A DNA stretch of 64,000 nucleotides, taken from the NCBI GenBank assembly GCA_963667015.2, contig CAXXJJ010000004.1:3488001-3552000 (forward strand), read 5' to 3'. The notes under the pieces were generated by a model. It worked only from the letters and a program-made list of their open reading frames with translations. It was not told the DNA's origin and searched no databases. This DNA is from Desulfatiglandales bacterium (GTDB taxonomy: Bacteria > Desulfobacterota > DSM-4660 > Desulfatiglandales > HGW-15). The position numbers and the translations under genes were made by a program. Shown here piece by piece: positions 47,546 to 58,243 of this stretch (positions are counted from its first letter, which is position 1; the number at the start of each line of letters is the position of its first letter).

Positions 47546-49462
47546 ATGTCAGCAAATGATACCTTAAAAAACATTTTCGGATTTCATGAATTTAAACCCG
47601 GCCAAAGGCAGGTTATAGACGCTGTCACAGCCGGCAAGTCGGCTGCAGCAATTTTTCCTACAGGCGCCGGAAAATCACTCTGTTATCAATTGCCGGCTGT
47701 TATTGAACCTGGAATGACCCTGGTGGTTTCTCCGCTTCTTTCCCTGATGAAAAATCAGATTGATTTTTTAAAATCAAAGAATATCGCAGCAGCAAAACTT
47801 GACTCCGGTATGAGCTCAGACGATTATCGTGCCGCTCTTGAAGCTGCCCGGCTGGGCCAGCTAAAGATACTGATGATTGCTGTAGAGCGGTTTAAAAATG
47901 AACGGTTCAGAACCCAGCTCAGGCAGATGAATATATCACTGCTTGTTGTTGACGAGGCCCACTGTATATCCGAATGGGGTCATAATTTCAGGCCCGACTA
48001 TCTCAAGATCCCTATATATCAGCAGGAATTCAGGATTAACAAGGTTCTGCTCCTTACAGCCACGGCAACACCAAAGGTGATTGATGACATGTGTGATAAG
48101 TTTGCCATCAGCCGTGAAAATGTTGTGCAGACAGGTTTTTACAGGGAAAATTTATTTTTACGCATACGCCCGGTTGCTGAAGAAAAAAAGGACGAACTTC
48201 TCAGGGAGATACTGGCAGATAAGCCTATTGGCCCTACAATCGTGTATGTAACCCTGCAGAAGACCGCAGAGCGGATAGCCGGTATGCTTAAGGAACAAAA
48301 ATTTTCTGCAGCGGCCTATCATGCGGGAATGAAAAACGAGGAGCGGGAAGCTGTTCAAAACAGTTTCATGGCAGGGGAAATAGACATCGTGGTAGCTACC
48401 ATCGCCTTTGGAATGGGAATTGATAAAGATGATATCAGAAGAGTTATACATTATGATCTTCCAAAATCCATAGAGAGCTACAGCCAGGAAATCGGTCGGG
48501 CAGGAAGGGATGGAAATCCCTCTCTATGCTGCCTTCTGGGAAATAAAAACAATATACCGGTGCTGGAGAATTTTGCCTATGGGGACACACCCGGTTTTGA
48601 GAATATTCGTAAGGTGCTGGAGAATATCAGACAATCCAGGGGAAATCTGTTTGAGGTTCGGGAATACTCCCTGAGCAGGGAAACAGATATAAGAGTGCTT
48701 CCGCTGAAAACCCTGCTGGTTTATCTGGAGATGGCAAATATTATTTCTCCAAAATACACCTATTTTGAAAACTATTCTTTTCAGTATCTTACCCCTGCTG
48801 AAAACATCACTGCAAATTTTGATGGTGAAAGAAAACAGTTTGTAAAAACCATACTGGATAATTCTATAATTGCCAGAACATGGGTAAACGTGGACATAGA
48901 TAATATTGTTGCACAGTCAGGCCATGACCGGCAGCGGGTGTTAACAGCTCTGGAGTATTTTCATGAAAAACAGTGGATTGACCTTAAACCAAAATCTGGC
49001 GTTGAAGTTTTTGAGATACTTGATTCCGAATTTGATATAGATGCAACGGCAGGAAAGATAGCAGAACTGTTTATTGAAAAGGAAAACAAGGATGTCGCAC
49101 GGCTTCATGAAATGATTAAACTCTTTGAAGCTGATCAGTGCCTGGCAAAAAGTCTGTCCGGTTATTTTGGCGAAAAGCTGGATAGCAGCTGCGGCAGGTG
49201 TTCCGTCTGCCTGGAGAAAAAACCTATTACGCTCCAATCATCAGTGCTGCCCTCCCTTGAACAGATGGATTTTCACGCCCTGGTGCAGCCTTTGAAGGAT
49301 GTTGCAGGACCAGGGATACCAGCAAGTCTTATAACACGCTTTTTATGCGGAGTTTCATCTCCCCGGCTGGTTGAGTATAAAGCCAGAAGGTTTCCGGGAT
49401 TCGGCAGGCTGGAGGCCTGGCCATACAAGGTGGTTGAAAAATGGGCCACAGAACACCTTTAA
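47546..49462 (+). CDS. recQ: RecQ-family ATP-dependent DNA helicase
   Basis: TGAGKSLCYQ, DEAHC, TATA, QEIGRAGRDG, Zn-binding CGRCSVC. Confidence 0.9.
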   Translation: MSANDTLKNIFGFHEFKPGQRQVIDAVTAGKSAAAIFPTGAGKSLCYQLPAVIEPGMTLVVSPLLSLMKNQIDFLKSKNIAAAKLDSGMSSDDYRAALEAARLGQLKILMIAVERFKNERFRTQLRQMNISLLVVDEAHCISEWGHNFRPDYLKIPIYQQEFRINKVLLLTATATPKVIDDMCDKFAISRENVVQTGFYRENLFLRIRPVAEEKKDELLREILADKPIGPTIVYVTLQKTAERIAGMLKEQKFSAAAYHAGMKNEEREAVQNSFMAGEIDIVVATIAFGMGIDKDDIRRVIHYDLPKSIESYSQEIGRAGRDGNPSLCCLLGNKNNIPVLENFAYGDTPGFENIRKVLENIRQSRGNLFEVREYSLSRETDIRVLPLKTLLVYLEMANIISPKYTYFENYSFQYLTPAENITANFDGERKQFVKTILDNSIIARTWVNVDIDNIVAQSGHDRQRVLTALEYFHEKQWIDLKPKSGVEVFEILDSEFDIDATAGKIAELFIEKENKDVARLHEMIKLFEADQCLAKSLSGYFGEKLDSSCGRCSVCLEKKPITLQSSVLPSLEQMDFHALVQPLKDVAGPGIPASLITRFLCGVSSPRLVEYKARRFPGFGRLEAWPYKVVEKWATEHL

Positions 49463-49584
49463 AAGGTTCAATATTGATCGCCCTTATTAAATATAGTTAA
49501 TAATGAGTTTCGATAAAGATTTAATGCCCTCACTAAAACACATGCGCTTATTAAGGCAGGTGTTAACATTCTCAGGGAGAAGCC

Positions 49585-51819
49585 ATGGATACCGCCGCTC
49601 CGGTAAAAATACCTCATGACAAAGAAAAAAGATTATCCACTGATATCATTGCACAGCTCGCAGAACACACCATATTCGGGCTGGCAGGCACCATTGTAAA
49701 CTCAGGCGTTGTAGTTTTAATCCTGCATAAATCAGTTGCCATGAAAGGGCTTCTGTGGTGGTTTTTTATTTTATTGCTGATAAGTATCTGCCGAATCAAT
49801 TTACAGATCTTATTTAAAAAAAACATATCAAATGAGAAATTACTTAAAAACTGGAAAATTTATTTTCTCCTGAGTATCCTGATCTCCGGGATAATATGGG
49901 GTTTTTCCGGAGTTGCTTTTTTCTCCGAAGAGTCTGTTCCACATCAGGCCTTTTTGGCATTTGTCCTTGGTGGTATGGTTGCAGGATCAGTGGGTGTATA
50001 TTCTGTAATGATCAAGGCTTTCCTTTTTTTCAGCATACCTGCATTATTTCCTTTGATCATCAGACTGGCCTTTATGCGGGATTCAGTTCATCTCTCTATG
50101 TCATTCATGCTCTTTCTGTTCTGGCTGATTATGCTTTTTACTGCCAGAAAACTTCATGAAAACCTTATAAAATCGCTTGAATTAAAATATGAAAATAAAG
50201 ATCTCATTAATGATTTGGAGAATGAAATCGAGGCAAGGAAGGCAGCTGAAGCGAAGTTGAGCAATCAAAAGGATGAAGTTGAAAGAATAGTTGAAAAACG
50301 TACTCAGCAGCTTAAGGATGCACGGTTGAGGCAGAATGAGGCCGTAAATGCAGGCAATGTCGGACTCTGGGACTGGCATCTTACTTCAAACAGGGTTCAG
50401 TATTCTAAAGAATGGAAAAAGCAGATGGGGTATGAGGATCATGAAATCGGTGATGACCTTGATGAATGGCAGAGCCGTGTACACCCGGAGGACATAGGAC
50501 CCGCACTTGATCAAGTTGAACGGGTACTCAAGTACGAGGACCATGAATACAGGGCAGAATTTCGCTTCCGGCATAAAGATGGTTCCTACCGGTGGATTTT
50601 AGCACAGGGTTCTGTTCTTCAGGATGAATCGGGGAAGCCGGCACGCATGCTTGGCTCACACATAGACATTACCGAGAGAAAGAGAATGGAGGACGAGTTA
50701 CAGAAAACCCATAAGCTAGAATCTTTAGGTGTCCTGGCGGGAGGCATTGCCCATGATTTCAATAACATTCTATCCACTATCCTGGGGAATGTTTCAATGG
50801 CAAGGGAACTGACTGATACAGAAGACGAAATATCTGGGCTCTTGATTGACGCGGAGGAAGCCTCAAAAAATGCCCGGAAATTAACCAGGCAGTTATTGAC
50901 CTTTGCAAAAGGAGGTGTCCCTTTAAAAGAGGTTACCTCTATGAACAGGATTATCAAGGAAACAATATCGGTCATGACAAGAGGCTCCGAATATAATTGT
51001 GAATTTTCAATAGACGAAAACCTGTGGCCGGTGGAGATAGATGCGGGGCAGATAACCCAGGCTATTAATAATATTGCGGTCAACTCCAGGCAGGCTATGC
51101 CGGATGGCGGTATGATCAGTGTTTCAGCCGGGAACCTGATGGTTTCTGAAAACCACCTGCCGCTCAATTCAGGAAAATATATAAGGATTTCCATCAGGGA
51201 CCAGGGGTCCGGGATACCTGAAAAATATCTCTCAAGAATATTTGATCCCTATTTTACAACAAAACAAAATGCGAGCGGTCTCGGGCTTGCGACTGCCTAT
51301 TCAATAATCAATAAGCATGGAGGACTTCTAACAGCAGAGTCGCAACATGGAATGGGCGCCGCATTCCATATTTATCTGCCTGCTTCCGATAAAGAAATTT
51401 CAATAAAGGAAGAAACCCGGATTGTTATGGGGCATGGCAATGTCCTGGTAATGGACGATGAAGCCGACCTGCTTAAAATATATGGAAAAATATTAGAAAG
51501 GCTGGGTTACAAGCCGGAATATACCTCTGATGGAGCTGAAGCCGTTCTTATGTATAAAGCGGCAATGGAACAGGGGAATCCATACGATATCGTGATACTG
51601 GACCTGACAATTCCAGGAGGTATGGGAGGAGAAGAAACCATTAAAAAACTTCTGGAAATCGATCCGGATGTCAAAGCCATTGTCAGCAGCGGTTATTCGG
51701 ATGATGAGGTCATGGCCAATTTCAGGGAATACGGGTTTAAAGGCATGATGCAAAAGCCATTTGACATCAAAACATTAAGTATTGTGATGAATGATGTTTC
51801 AAACATGAAAACCGGATAG
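49585..51819 (+). CDS. Hybrid sensor histidine kinase (multi-TM, PAS, HisKA, HATPase, REC)
   Basis: AHDFNN H-box, DQGSG, GLGL, REC domain VMDDE...LDL...QKPF. Confidence 0.93.
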   Translation: MDTAAPVKIPHDKEKRLSTDIIAQLAEHTIFGLAGTIVNSGVVVLILHKSVAMKGLLWWFFILLLISICRINLQILFKKNISNEKLLKNWKIYFLLSILISGIIWGFSGVAFFSEESVPHQAFLAFVLGGMVAGSVGVYSVMIKAFLFFSIPALFPLIIRLAFMRDSVHLSMSFMLFLFWLIMLFTARKLHENLIKSLELKYENKDLINDLENEIEARKAAEAKLSNQKDEVERIVEKRTQQLKDARLRQNEAVNAGNVGLWDWHLTSNRVQYSKEWKKQMGYEDHEIGDDLDEWQSRVHPEDIGPALDQVERVLKYEDHEYRAEFRFRHKDGSYRWILAQGSVLQDESGKPARMLGSHIDITERKRMEDELQKTHKLESLGVLAGGIAHDFNNILSTILGNVSMARELTDTEDEISGLLIDAEEASKNARKLTRQLLTFAKGGVPLKEVTSMNRIIKETISVMTRGSEYNCEFSIDENLWPVEIDAGQITQAINNIAVNSRQAMPDGGMISVSAGNLMVSENHLPLNSGKYIRISIRDQGSGIPEKYLSRIFDPYFTTKQNASGLGLATAYSIINKHGGLLTAESQHGMGAAFHIYLPASDKEISIKEETRIVMGHGNVLVMDDEADLLKIYGKILERLGYKPEYTSDGAEAVLMYKAAMEQGNPYDIVILDLTIPGGMGGEETIKKLLEIDPDVKAIVSSGYSDDEVMANFREYGFKGMMQKPFDIKTLSIVMNDVSNMKTG

Positions 51820-52288
51820 TTATTTATAAAATGACCACCGGAAAACCTGGAGAACTGCCTGGCGGGCATCCCAAAACGCGAATCCAATGCACAAGACATT
51901 CCTGTGCCAAAAAAAGAAACGGTTTTTCGCGGAAAAAGTTCCTAAAAGATTCAAAAGCAATACTTTCTGTTAAAATGGAAGAAGACATTTTAGCTGCTCA
52001 AGTAAAAGTGAACCCGGTCCCGCCCTTGACATCGGGAATATGGGGTATCAATTATTTTCTATAAATATCCCAAACCATTGAATCCCAGCTCCTTTCGGAG
52101 AATGACGACAAAAATACTTTTGTTTAATAAATCGTAAGACAATGTATTCACAATGTGTTTTAAGGTAGTAATTTGGTATTTCTGAATTGATACAATGGTT
52201 TAGATTTAAGACTAATGGTATTCGTTTGTCTTCCCTGGTAGCAAGTACTACGGCGAATAAAAATGTCATCTGTTTCGATTAGCGTTTG

Positions 52289-52789
52289 TCATGTGAGGTC
52301 AAGGTTGTAGATTCTAAATTCTTTGCCCTGCCTGACACATCTATTAAAGCTATCATCCAGATGCCTCGGATATAGATTTTTCCTTATCCCCACATTTTTA
52401 AGTGCGGATTCCAGGCTAATACATTTTGAATCTAAATCCATATAAGAAATGAGTGTTATTGCAGCCCTATCGCATGTACAGAACTTAATTTCTTTATCTG
52501 CTTCTATCAAGTATGCGATGGAGACTGCTTCACCTGGATCAATTTGCAATGTTACACTCTTGGCTTGTTTTTCAACGACTATGAGAGATTCAATATTGAT
52601 ATCATCAATAATTTCTACTTCAGGTGGTAATTGAATCGCATACCTCGCTCCGTCTTTTTTAAAATATTTTGCCTCATCAAATACAGATTTAGTAATGCAG
52701 ACCTCATAATTTCTACATACTTTTTCGAACAGGTTCAGAGAGTGAAGATCAATAAGAACATCAGCATCAAGCAGTAGCAATTTTGTCAT
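52289..52789 (-). CDS. PIN-like domain protein
   Basis: LLDADVLI, IDPGEA, TCD acidic motifs; overlaps the upstream gene by 23 nt. Confidence 0.7.
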   Translation of the reverse strand: MTKLLLLDADVLIDLHSLNLFEKVCRNYEVCITKSVFDEAKYFKKDGARYAIQLPPEVEIIDDINIESLIVVEKQAKSVTLQIDPGEAVSIAYLIEADKEIKFCTCDRAAITLISYMDLDSKCISLESALKNVGIRKNLYPRHLDDSFNRCVRQGKEFRIYNLDLT

Positions 52790-53918
52790 AATATGCTTCC
52801 ATAAAGCCCGCTTGATTTAAGAAGTCATCAATTTCAGACCGATCTATTTCTACATAACTTGCAAAGGTTCCTCTTGAAATTATACCCTCCATTAAACATC
52901 TAAAAGCTAACGATATATATCTTTCTGGAAATTTATCAGGCTGATTAACGTTGTATAGCCCTTTTCTTAGCTGGCGATCTGTCTCGCGAAACTTACTATC
53001 TCTTAGTAACTCTTCAACCGCTTCTATTTTTATAAAGTTTAAGTGAACTAATCTCCATAAAACAGCTTCTGTCGAGACGCCAAATTCTTTTGCTAATTCG
53101 ATAACATCAACAATCCTCATATCGCCACCGGTCATAATCTCATAAATTGCCTCTTTTAATGAATCCTCTGGCAATAACAAGCTTGAAGCAAATGCATCTG
53201 CGTATTTTTCCGGGAGAGTTTTAGTGCTGCCGTCTCCTACTTCTTCATGTGTGAAAACCCCCCAGGTAACGACATGAAATAATTCATGAGCTAAGTCAAA
53301 ATTTCTTCTCCATGGTGCTTCAGTAGCGTTTATTAAAATACCCACTCCTAATCTTTCATCAACAACAGAGGCCCCGGAAATACCATCATCCAATTCCAAA
53401 TGAAGTATTTTAAACCGAAGATTATTTTCCAGGACATTTAATAGATTAGTTGCAGGTCTTGAACCCAGATTCAATATTTCTCCTGTACTTTTTCCTAGTT
53501 GCCTTGCAAGTGAATAGCCATCTTGTAAAAAATCTGATTTACCAAACGTTTTTTGAATCTCTTTCCATCGCTTTTTTCGCTCTAAAAGAGTTTCAAGTTT
53601 GCTGTAGTTTTCTAAAAAGGATTGAAAATTGTTTTGGATTTTTTCTGCCGGTAGAGTTGAATTTTTTCTCCATAAAGGAACCGGGTCATTATGTAAACTT
53701 TCTTCAAAAAAATAGTCTAATCCCCTATTATACAACTTGGCCATCGCACATAATTCAGTCGCATTGAGCTTTCTGGTTCCTTTTTCTATTTCTGAAAGTG
53801 TTTGATAATTATTAAATCCTAAATACTTTGCTGCATCTTTCAAAGAAAAACCAGCTGCAATTCTAGCAATGCTGGCTCTTTTGGGAAGGTCCAAACTTGA
53901 GTCCTCCAGGAAACTCAT
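52767..53918 (-). CDS. XRE-family HTH + ImmA/IrrE (DUF955) metallopeptidase
   Basis: HTH LSEIEKGTR; AHELFH; ADAFASSLLLP; ATG 53918 with RBS GGAGG. Confidence 0.9.
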   Translation of the reverse strand: MSFLEDSSLDLPKRASIARIAAGFSLKDAAKYLGFNNYQTLSEIEKGTRKLNATELCAMAKLYNRGLDYFFEESLHNDPVPLWRKNSTLPAEKIQNNFQSFLENYSKLETLLERKKRWKEIQKTFGKSDFLQDGYSLARQLGKSTGEILNLGSRPATNLLNVLENNLRFKILHLELDDGISGASVVDERLGVGILINATEAPWRRNFDLAHELFHVVTWGVFTHEEVGDGSTKTLPEKYADAFASSLLLPEDSLKEAIYEIMTGGDMRIVDVIELAKEFGVSTEAVLWRLVHLNFIKIEAVEELLRDSKFRETDRQLRKGLYNVNQPDKFPERYISLAFRCLMEGIISRGTFASYVEIDRSEIDDFLNQAGFMEAYYDKIATA

Positions 53919-53966
53919 AAAAACCTCCAATAATAAAATATTATAAAATTTCCGTTGATATACATT

Positions 53967-53996
53967 AGCATATAAGATTTTCTTATATGCTGTCAA
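53967..53996 (-). promoter_or_regulatory. Promoter with overlapping palindromic operator
   Basis: Minus strand TTGACA-N18-TATGCT; perfect palindrome AGCATATAAGA-TTT-TCTTATATGCT. Confidence 0.75.
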
Positions 53997-54173
53997 TATT
54001 ATTATCGGCATACTGGGATTAATCTTTAATGTAAAGGGACTCTTAACTGCACCTCAAAAATATAAATCAAAAACAAATGTATTCCCGTCTAAACGGGAAT
54101 GACAACAAAAGACTATTAGTAAATTTTATGTTGAAGCGTATGAAACTACAAAAGCAACTGGTCAATTCTCCGT

Positions 54174-55052
54174 TTAGCTCTTTTGTATTTCAAGCATTCC
54201 AAATTTTACTTGTTGAAGTAATTCAATATTGTCTTCGAAATCATGGCCTGATTTATAATAAGAGTCTATCATCTCTTCAACAAGTTTATAACGCCCTTCG
54301 TCTTTAGTTTCCTCTTTCAGTATTTCTATTATCTTCTTTTTTGATTCTGGCAATGCAATTTTTGCTATGTCCCGCCCGAGCAGTCTGGCACCCGCGTTTT
54401 TATGATAATCTCCCTGATCTTTTTTTATTTTGTCAAAAATATCATTTTCTTCATCAAAGATTCTTTCTTCATTACCTGCATAAAGGTAATTATGAATTAT
54501 CAAACTAAGGTCCTTTGCATCTCTTCCTCGTGCAGGATTATCATGCCATGAGATTATTTTCAGAATTGCTAATCCTGCTAAACTTGTGAGTTTAATTTCT
54601 AAAACCGGACTGTTTCTTAATCTCACCAATATGGCATCCTCAAATGATTCACTAAATCCAAGTGTGCTCATCTCATTTCCATCTTCTGATAACCAGGTGT
54701 ATTTATGTTCCGGTTCTGCTATCTCACCAAAAGGAATAATATCGACCAGAAGAATATTTTTAAATTTTAATCTCTGTTCCTGTCTGTCCTGTTCAAAATT
54801 CGTTGTATCTATTAATCCCTGTTTAAGCTTTTCGTATTGGCCCCAATCAGCAACCTGTACTCCCAAATCAATATCCATTGTCGCTCGTTTTGTTTTTATT
54901 TTATAACCATATTCAAGGATCATATCTCTTGCCGAAGCACCAATAACAAAAAACTTAATGTCTTGAGTATCAGCCGTGTTTTTTATGATCTCAAATAGTT
55001 CTATTGTTAATGTATCAATCTTCCCTGATAAATCCAGCAAGCTCCTGCTCAT
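54174..55052 (-). CDS. AbiEii-like nucleotidyltransferase toxin (type IV TA)
   Basis: VIGASARD, RATMDIDLG, LKIISW, RDAKD. Confidence 0.85.
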   Translation of the reverse strand: MSRSLLDLSGKIDTLTIELFEIIKNTADTQDIKFFVIGASARDMILEYGYKIKTKRATMDIDLGVQVADWGQYEKLKQGLIDTTNFEQDRQEQRLKFKNILLVDIIPFGEIAEPEHKYTWLSEDGNEMSTLGFSESFEDAILVRLRNSPVLEIKLTSLAGLAILKIISWHDNPARGRDAKDLSLIIHNYLYAGNEERIFDEENDIFDKIKKDQGDYHKNAGARLLGRDIAKIALPESKKKIIEILKEETKDEGRYKLVEEMIDSYYKSGHDFEDNIELLQQVKFGMLEIQKS

Positions 55053-56061
55053 AAATAATCTCCGCGGTTTCAATATTCCTGGCGTCACCGGTTGCCATTA
55101 AATCTGCGTATATCAATATCGGGTGAACAAGATCGGGATACGGCCTTTTTTGCTCTCTTTGCCAGAATGTTTTTAAGATTTCAATCTTCCCTTCAGGACC
55201 TTTTTGAATCCTGTTCTTAATTATATATTTATTAAGAGCGGCGTCATTATTTGTATAAATCGTTACAATTTCCGGTTTTAAATATTTATTCAATTTAGCA
55301 GCAGCTACTTCTCCGCCCCAAAAGGCCTCTGCAGGGAGATCCTGGTCTTTCCAGAAGACGGGTTCTACTGCATTATATTTACCAGCTAACTGCCTGGGCC
55401 TTAATTGTTCCGGGTATGTCATAACCCATTTTGTCAACAGCTTCTCTTTATTTATTAATTGACGTCCCCGCCTGCCCATGTCGATTAAAAATCCCATTTT
55501 TTTTAAATCCTGCATCGCCCATCCTACAGTCCCTAATGCAACATTCGCGCTCTTTGCAATATTTCTATAATTCTCATTTTCTAATTTTGGATTGCAGAGT
55601 AGTGTAAAAATAACCTGAAGTCCTGTTGGCTGGAATGCCCTTGTTTTTATTTTTTCTCTGGGTATTACAGCACTATTGCCTTTTATGAAAAGAAATAAAT
55701 TTGGCTCTTTAATATATGTATTTCCAGCTGTATCGATAAAGGGGATATTTAGTTCTTTCAGCTTTTCAGCGATCTGCGGGTTAACATACCTGGTTATTAT
55801 AATATTCTTTCCATCTTTTCTTTTTAACAGCTGCGTTACATGGCCTATGGCTGCCTGCGTTAAGTTTGCCTTTATTTCCACATTAAAATGCAGGACCATA
55901 TCATTCAATTTGATACCTATACCTGTATCAGGTGTTTCCCCATCTAACACAACTGGTTCTAAAACCGGATAACGATCGATAGTTAAACCAGTCATTTTTT
56001 CGAAAGCTTCAAGAGCTTCCCGGAGAATTTCCTGTTCCTGAACCTTCGTTCTCATATTCAT
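55015..56061 (-). CDS. AbiEi-like antitoxin (type IV TA)
   Basis: FIDTAGN, HTH YRNIAKSANVALGTV, WGGEVAA, LIYADL...R; overlaps the toxin gene. Confidence 0.85.
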   Translation of the reverse strand: MNMRTKVQEQEILREALEAFEKMTGLTIDRYPVLEPVVLDGETPDTGIGIKLNDMVLHFNVEIKANLTQAAIGHVTQLLKRKDGKNIIITRYVNPQIAEKLKELNIPFIDTAGNTYIKEPNLFLFIKGNSAVIPREKIKTRAFQPTGLQVIFTLLCNPKLENENYRNIAKSANVALGTVGWAMQDLKKMGFLIDMGRRGRQLINKEKLLTKWVMTYPEQLRPRQLAGKYNAVEPVFWKDQDLPAEAFWGGEVAAAKLNKYLKPEIVTIYTNNDAALNKYIIKNRIQKGPEGKIEILKTFWQREQKRPYPDLVHPILIYADLMATGDARNIETAEIIYEQELAGFIRED

Positions 56062-56066
56062 TGCCT

Positions 56067-56129
56067 TATGTTCATTAAAATTTATTGTACATGATTAGTG
56101 AACATATCAATATATTGAACAATAGTCAA
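56067..56129 (-). promoter_or_regulatory. Promoter and inverted-repeat operator of the AbiE-like operon
   Basis: Minus strand TTGACT-N17-TATGTT; TATGTTCA...TGAACATA plus ATTGTACA...TGAACAAT. Confidence 0.65.
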
Positions 56130-56442
56130 TAACTATTTGATTATATGAAAAATATGGGACGCATTAAAAAGATAAATCAAGTTTCATTTAACAGTTGGAT
56201 TAAGGGTGGAAACAGGTTTCAGCGTCGCTGATATGTTTGATCATTAACCAATGAATGCTTTTTCATTTTTGTGCAGTATGGAAGAATCCCTTAATAATCA
56301 AATAACTCCTTAAGAGCTGTTTTTAGGACTTATATCGCTGTTTTCAGACGTAAAAAGGGGAATATAAGAAAAGAGCTAAAATTTTTTAGCAACTGGTCAG
56401 GTCTATATCTGGCCTTTATGCGGATAAGGTGCCTTGAGAAGA

Positions 56443-57384
56443 CTATGCCGATAACTTTAAAATACCTGATACAGGTATAACCGAAATGATCTCGTCAAGG
56501 TCATATTCTTCTTTTCCAGGGGATACTACCCACAGATGTTCGAGTGCCAGATCTTTTATAGCAGTTCTCATAGCGCGTGTTGTGCCTGGTGCATCTGCAT
56601 ACTTGAATTCAAAACCATAACGTTTCCCCTTTGACATAACGAGGAGATCAAGCTCTGCACCTGCATGAGTTGCCCAGAAGTATATGTCACGATTATTAAA
56701 AACATTGACTACATGTTCAAGGGCGGAGCTTTCCCAGGAAGATCCCAGCACCGGATGACTCTGGATGTCTGAAAGAGTCTCCATCTGCAGAAGAGTATGG
56801 AAAATACCGCTGTCCCTGATGTATATTTTGGGAGCCTTGACCTGTCTTTTTCGTATATTTTCAAACCAGGGCGGCAGGACTCTTACCATGTAGGCGCCTG
56901 CAAGAATATCAAGGTAACGACGGGCTGTTATTTCGGACGTGCCCATGGATCTGGCAAACTGTGTGGCATTCCATACCCGGCCATGATAATGAGCAATCAT
57001 GGTCCAGAAACAGCGCAGGGTTTCAGAGGGGATACTTATTCCGAGTTGAGGAATGTCTCTTTCAAGGAATGTTCTTATAAAATTTTCCCGCCAGATCATG
57101 CTGCCATTATCGTCCGGTGCCAGAAATGAATTTGGAAAACCACCCCTGACCCAGAGAGAATCACGGTTTTCAACACCAGCCTCCCATAGATTAAAACCGG
57201 AAAGATCAATCAAAACGATACGGCCGGCAAGAGATTCTGATGTGCCCTTAACCATATCCGGAGAAGCAGAGCAGAGAATGAGAAACTTTGCCGGATTATC
57301 AGCGCGATCTGCCAGGCCCCTCAATAACTGAAAAAGCTCAGGTGTTTTGGTAATATTTTTATATGCCTGGGGTCTTGATATCAT
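56443..57384 (-). pseudogene. AAA_14/DUF4143 ATPase with in-frame deletion of the Walker motifs
   Basis: ESLAGR, RGGFP, PKIYIRDSG, ELDL..EFK are present; no GxxxxGK[ST] or DE Walker B. Confidence 0.7.
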
Positions 57385-57393
57385 AAAAAGCAT

Positions 57394-57442
57394 AATATTC
57401 CTTGAAAATCATAATGTCATGTTGTGATTTTCAAGGAATATT
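57394..57442. promoter_or_regulatory. 18-bp perfect inverted repeat upstream of the AAA_14 gene
   Basis: AATATTCCTTGAAAATCA-N13-TGATTTTCAAGGAATATT. Confidence 0.7.
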
Positions 57443-57471
57443 GCACCTGTTTAAGCTGGTAAAAGGTAAAA

Positions 57472-57505
57472 TCTGCCCGTCCCATTAATTTATGGGACGG
57501 GCAGA
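57472..57505. repeat. 14-bp-stem hairpin (terminator or REP-like)
   Basis: TCTGCCCGTCCCAT-TAATTT-ATGGGACGGGCAGA. Confidence 0.65.
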
Positions 57506-57931
57506 AAATTTATCGAAAAAATTGTCTAACCATTTGTGACATCAAAGACAATTGCACACGCTCTAAATCTGACAGGACACTTAAGAGGCATGAGCGTCAA
57601 GACGAATTGGATGAAATAGTAGAACGAGCAAAGAGTAAAGAATCGAAACCGCCTTAGAGCCTCGGCAACACTTGTCGGAACGTTCCTTTGCCCGTAGGCA
57701 AATAGTAAAAACTTGATATTATTTAAAATAGTTATTGACATGACATGTAGATCTGGGGTCAGATCAATATGCTTTAATTTCGATCAACAAACTTAAGCGT
57801 CGGTCCTTTTTCTTCATACCTCAGAAGGCAGGTTTAAATAACTGTTTAATATATGCGGATTTCTGGCTGATCTACAATAAAGTAGTTCTTTTTCTGGAAA
57901 TGTAGGGAGCCTGAAACAGTTGTTTATTCAT

Positions 57932-58228
57932 ATGGATGCAGTAAAACCGGCCACAAAATCAAAAAAGGGCTCATATCAGAAAACGAAATATATTTCCAGA
58001 TCACTCATCCTTAAAACCTTTCTATCTGTGCTTGGCATTGCATTGATTCTTTCAACTACAACATCCATTATGGCAAACGAAACCCTTGAGGCGGCAAAGC
58101 GTATGGATATCGCAGCTGGTAAAATTTTAAATCACGCTCAGAAAATCGCTGTTATTGGTGAGTTAAATTTAAAAAAATTAGAAATTGAACTGGAAACGGC
58201 TAAGAAGGAACTGCTTAATGATTTATAA
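57932..58228 (+). CDS. Hypothetical exported helical protein
   Basis: Hydrophobic signal-like segment followed by an amphipathic helix; start uncertain. Confidence 0.5.
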   Translation: MDAVKPATKSKKGSYQKTKYISRSLILKTFLSVLGIALILSTTTSIMANETLEAAKRMDIAAGKILNHAQKIAVIGELNLKKLEIELETAKKELLNDL

Positions 58229-58243
58229 AGGAAAACAGCAAAA

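Noticed and set aside
51831..52269. Short ORFs between the kinase and the PIN-like gene
   Set aside because: No RBS or motif support; probably intergenic or decayed sequence
57524..57740. GTCTAAC as the start of another attC site, and the 71-aa ORF
   Set aside because: No complementary arm or matching core found; the ORF has no recognisable features
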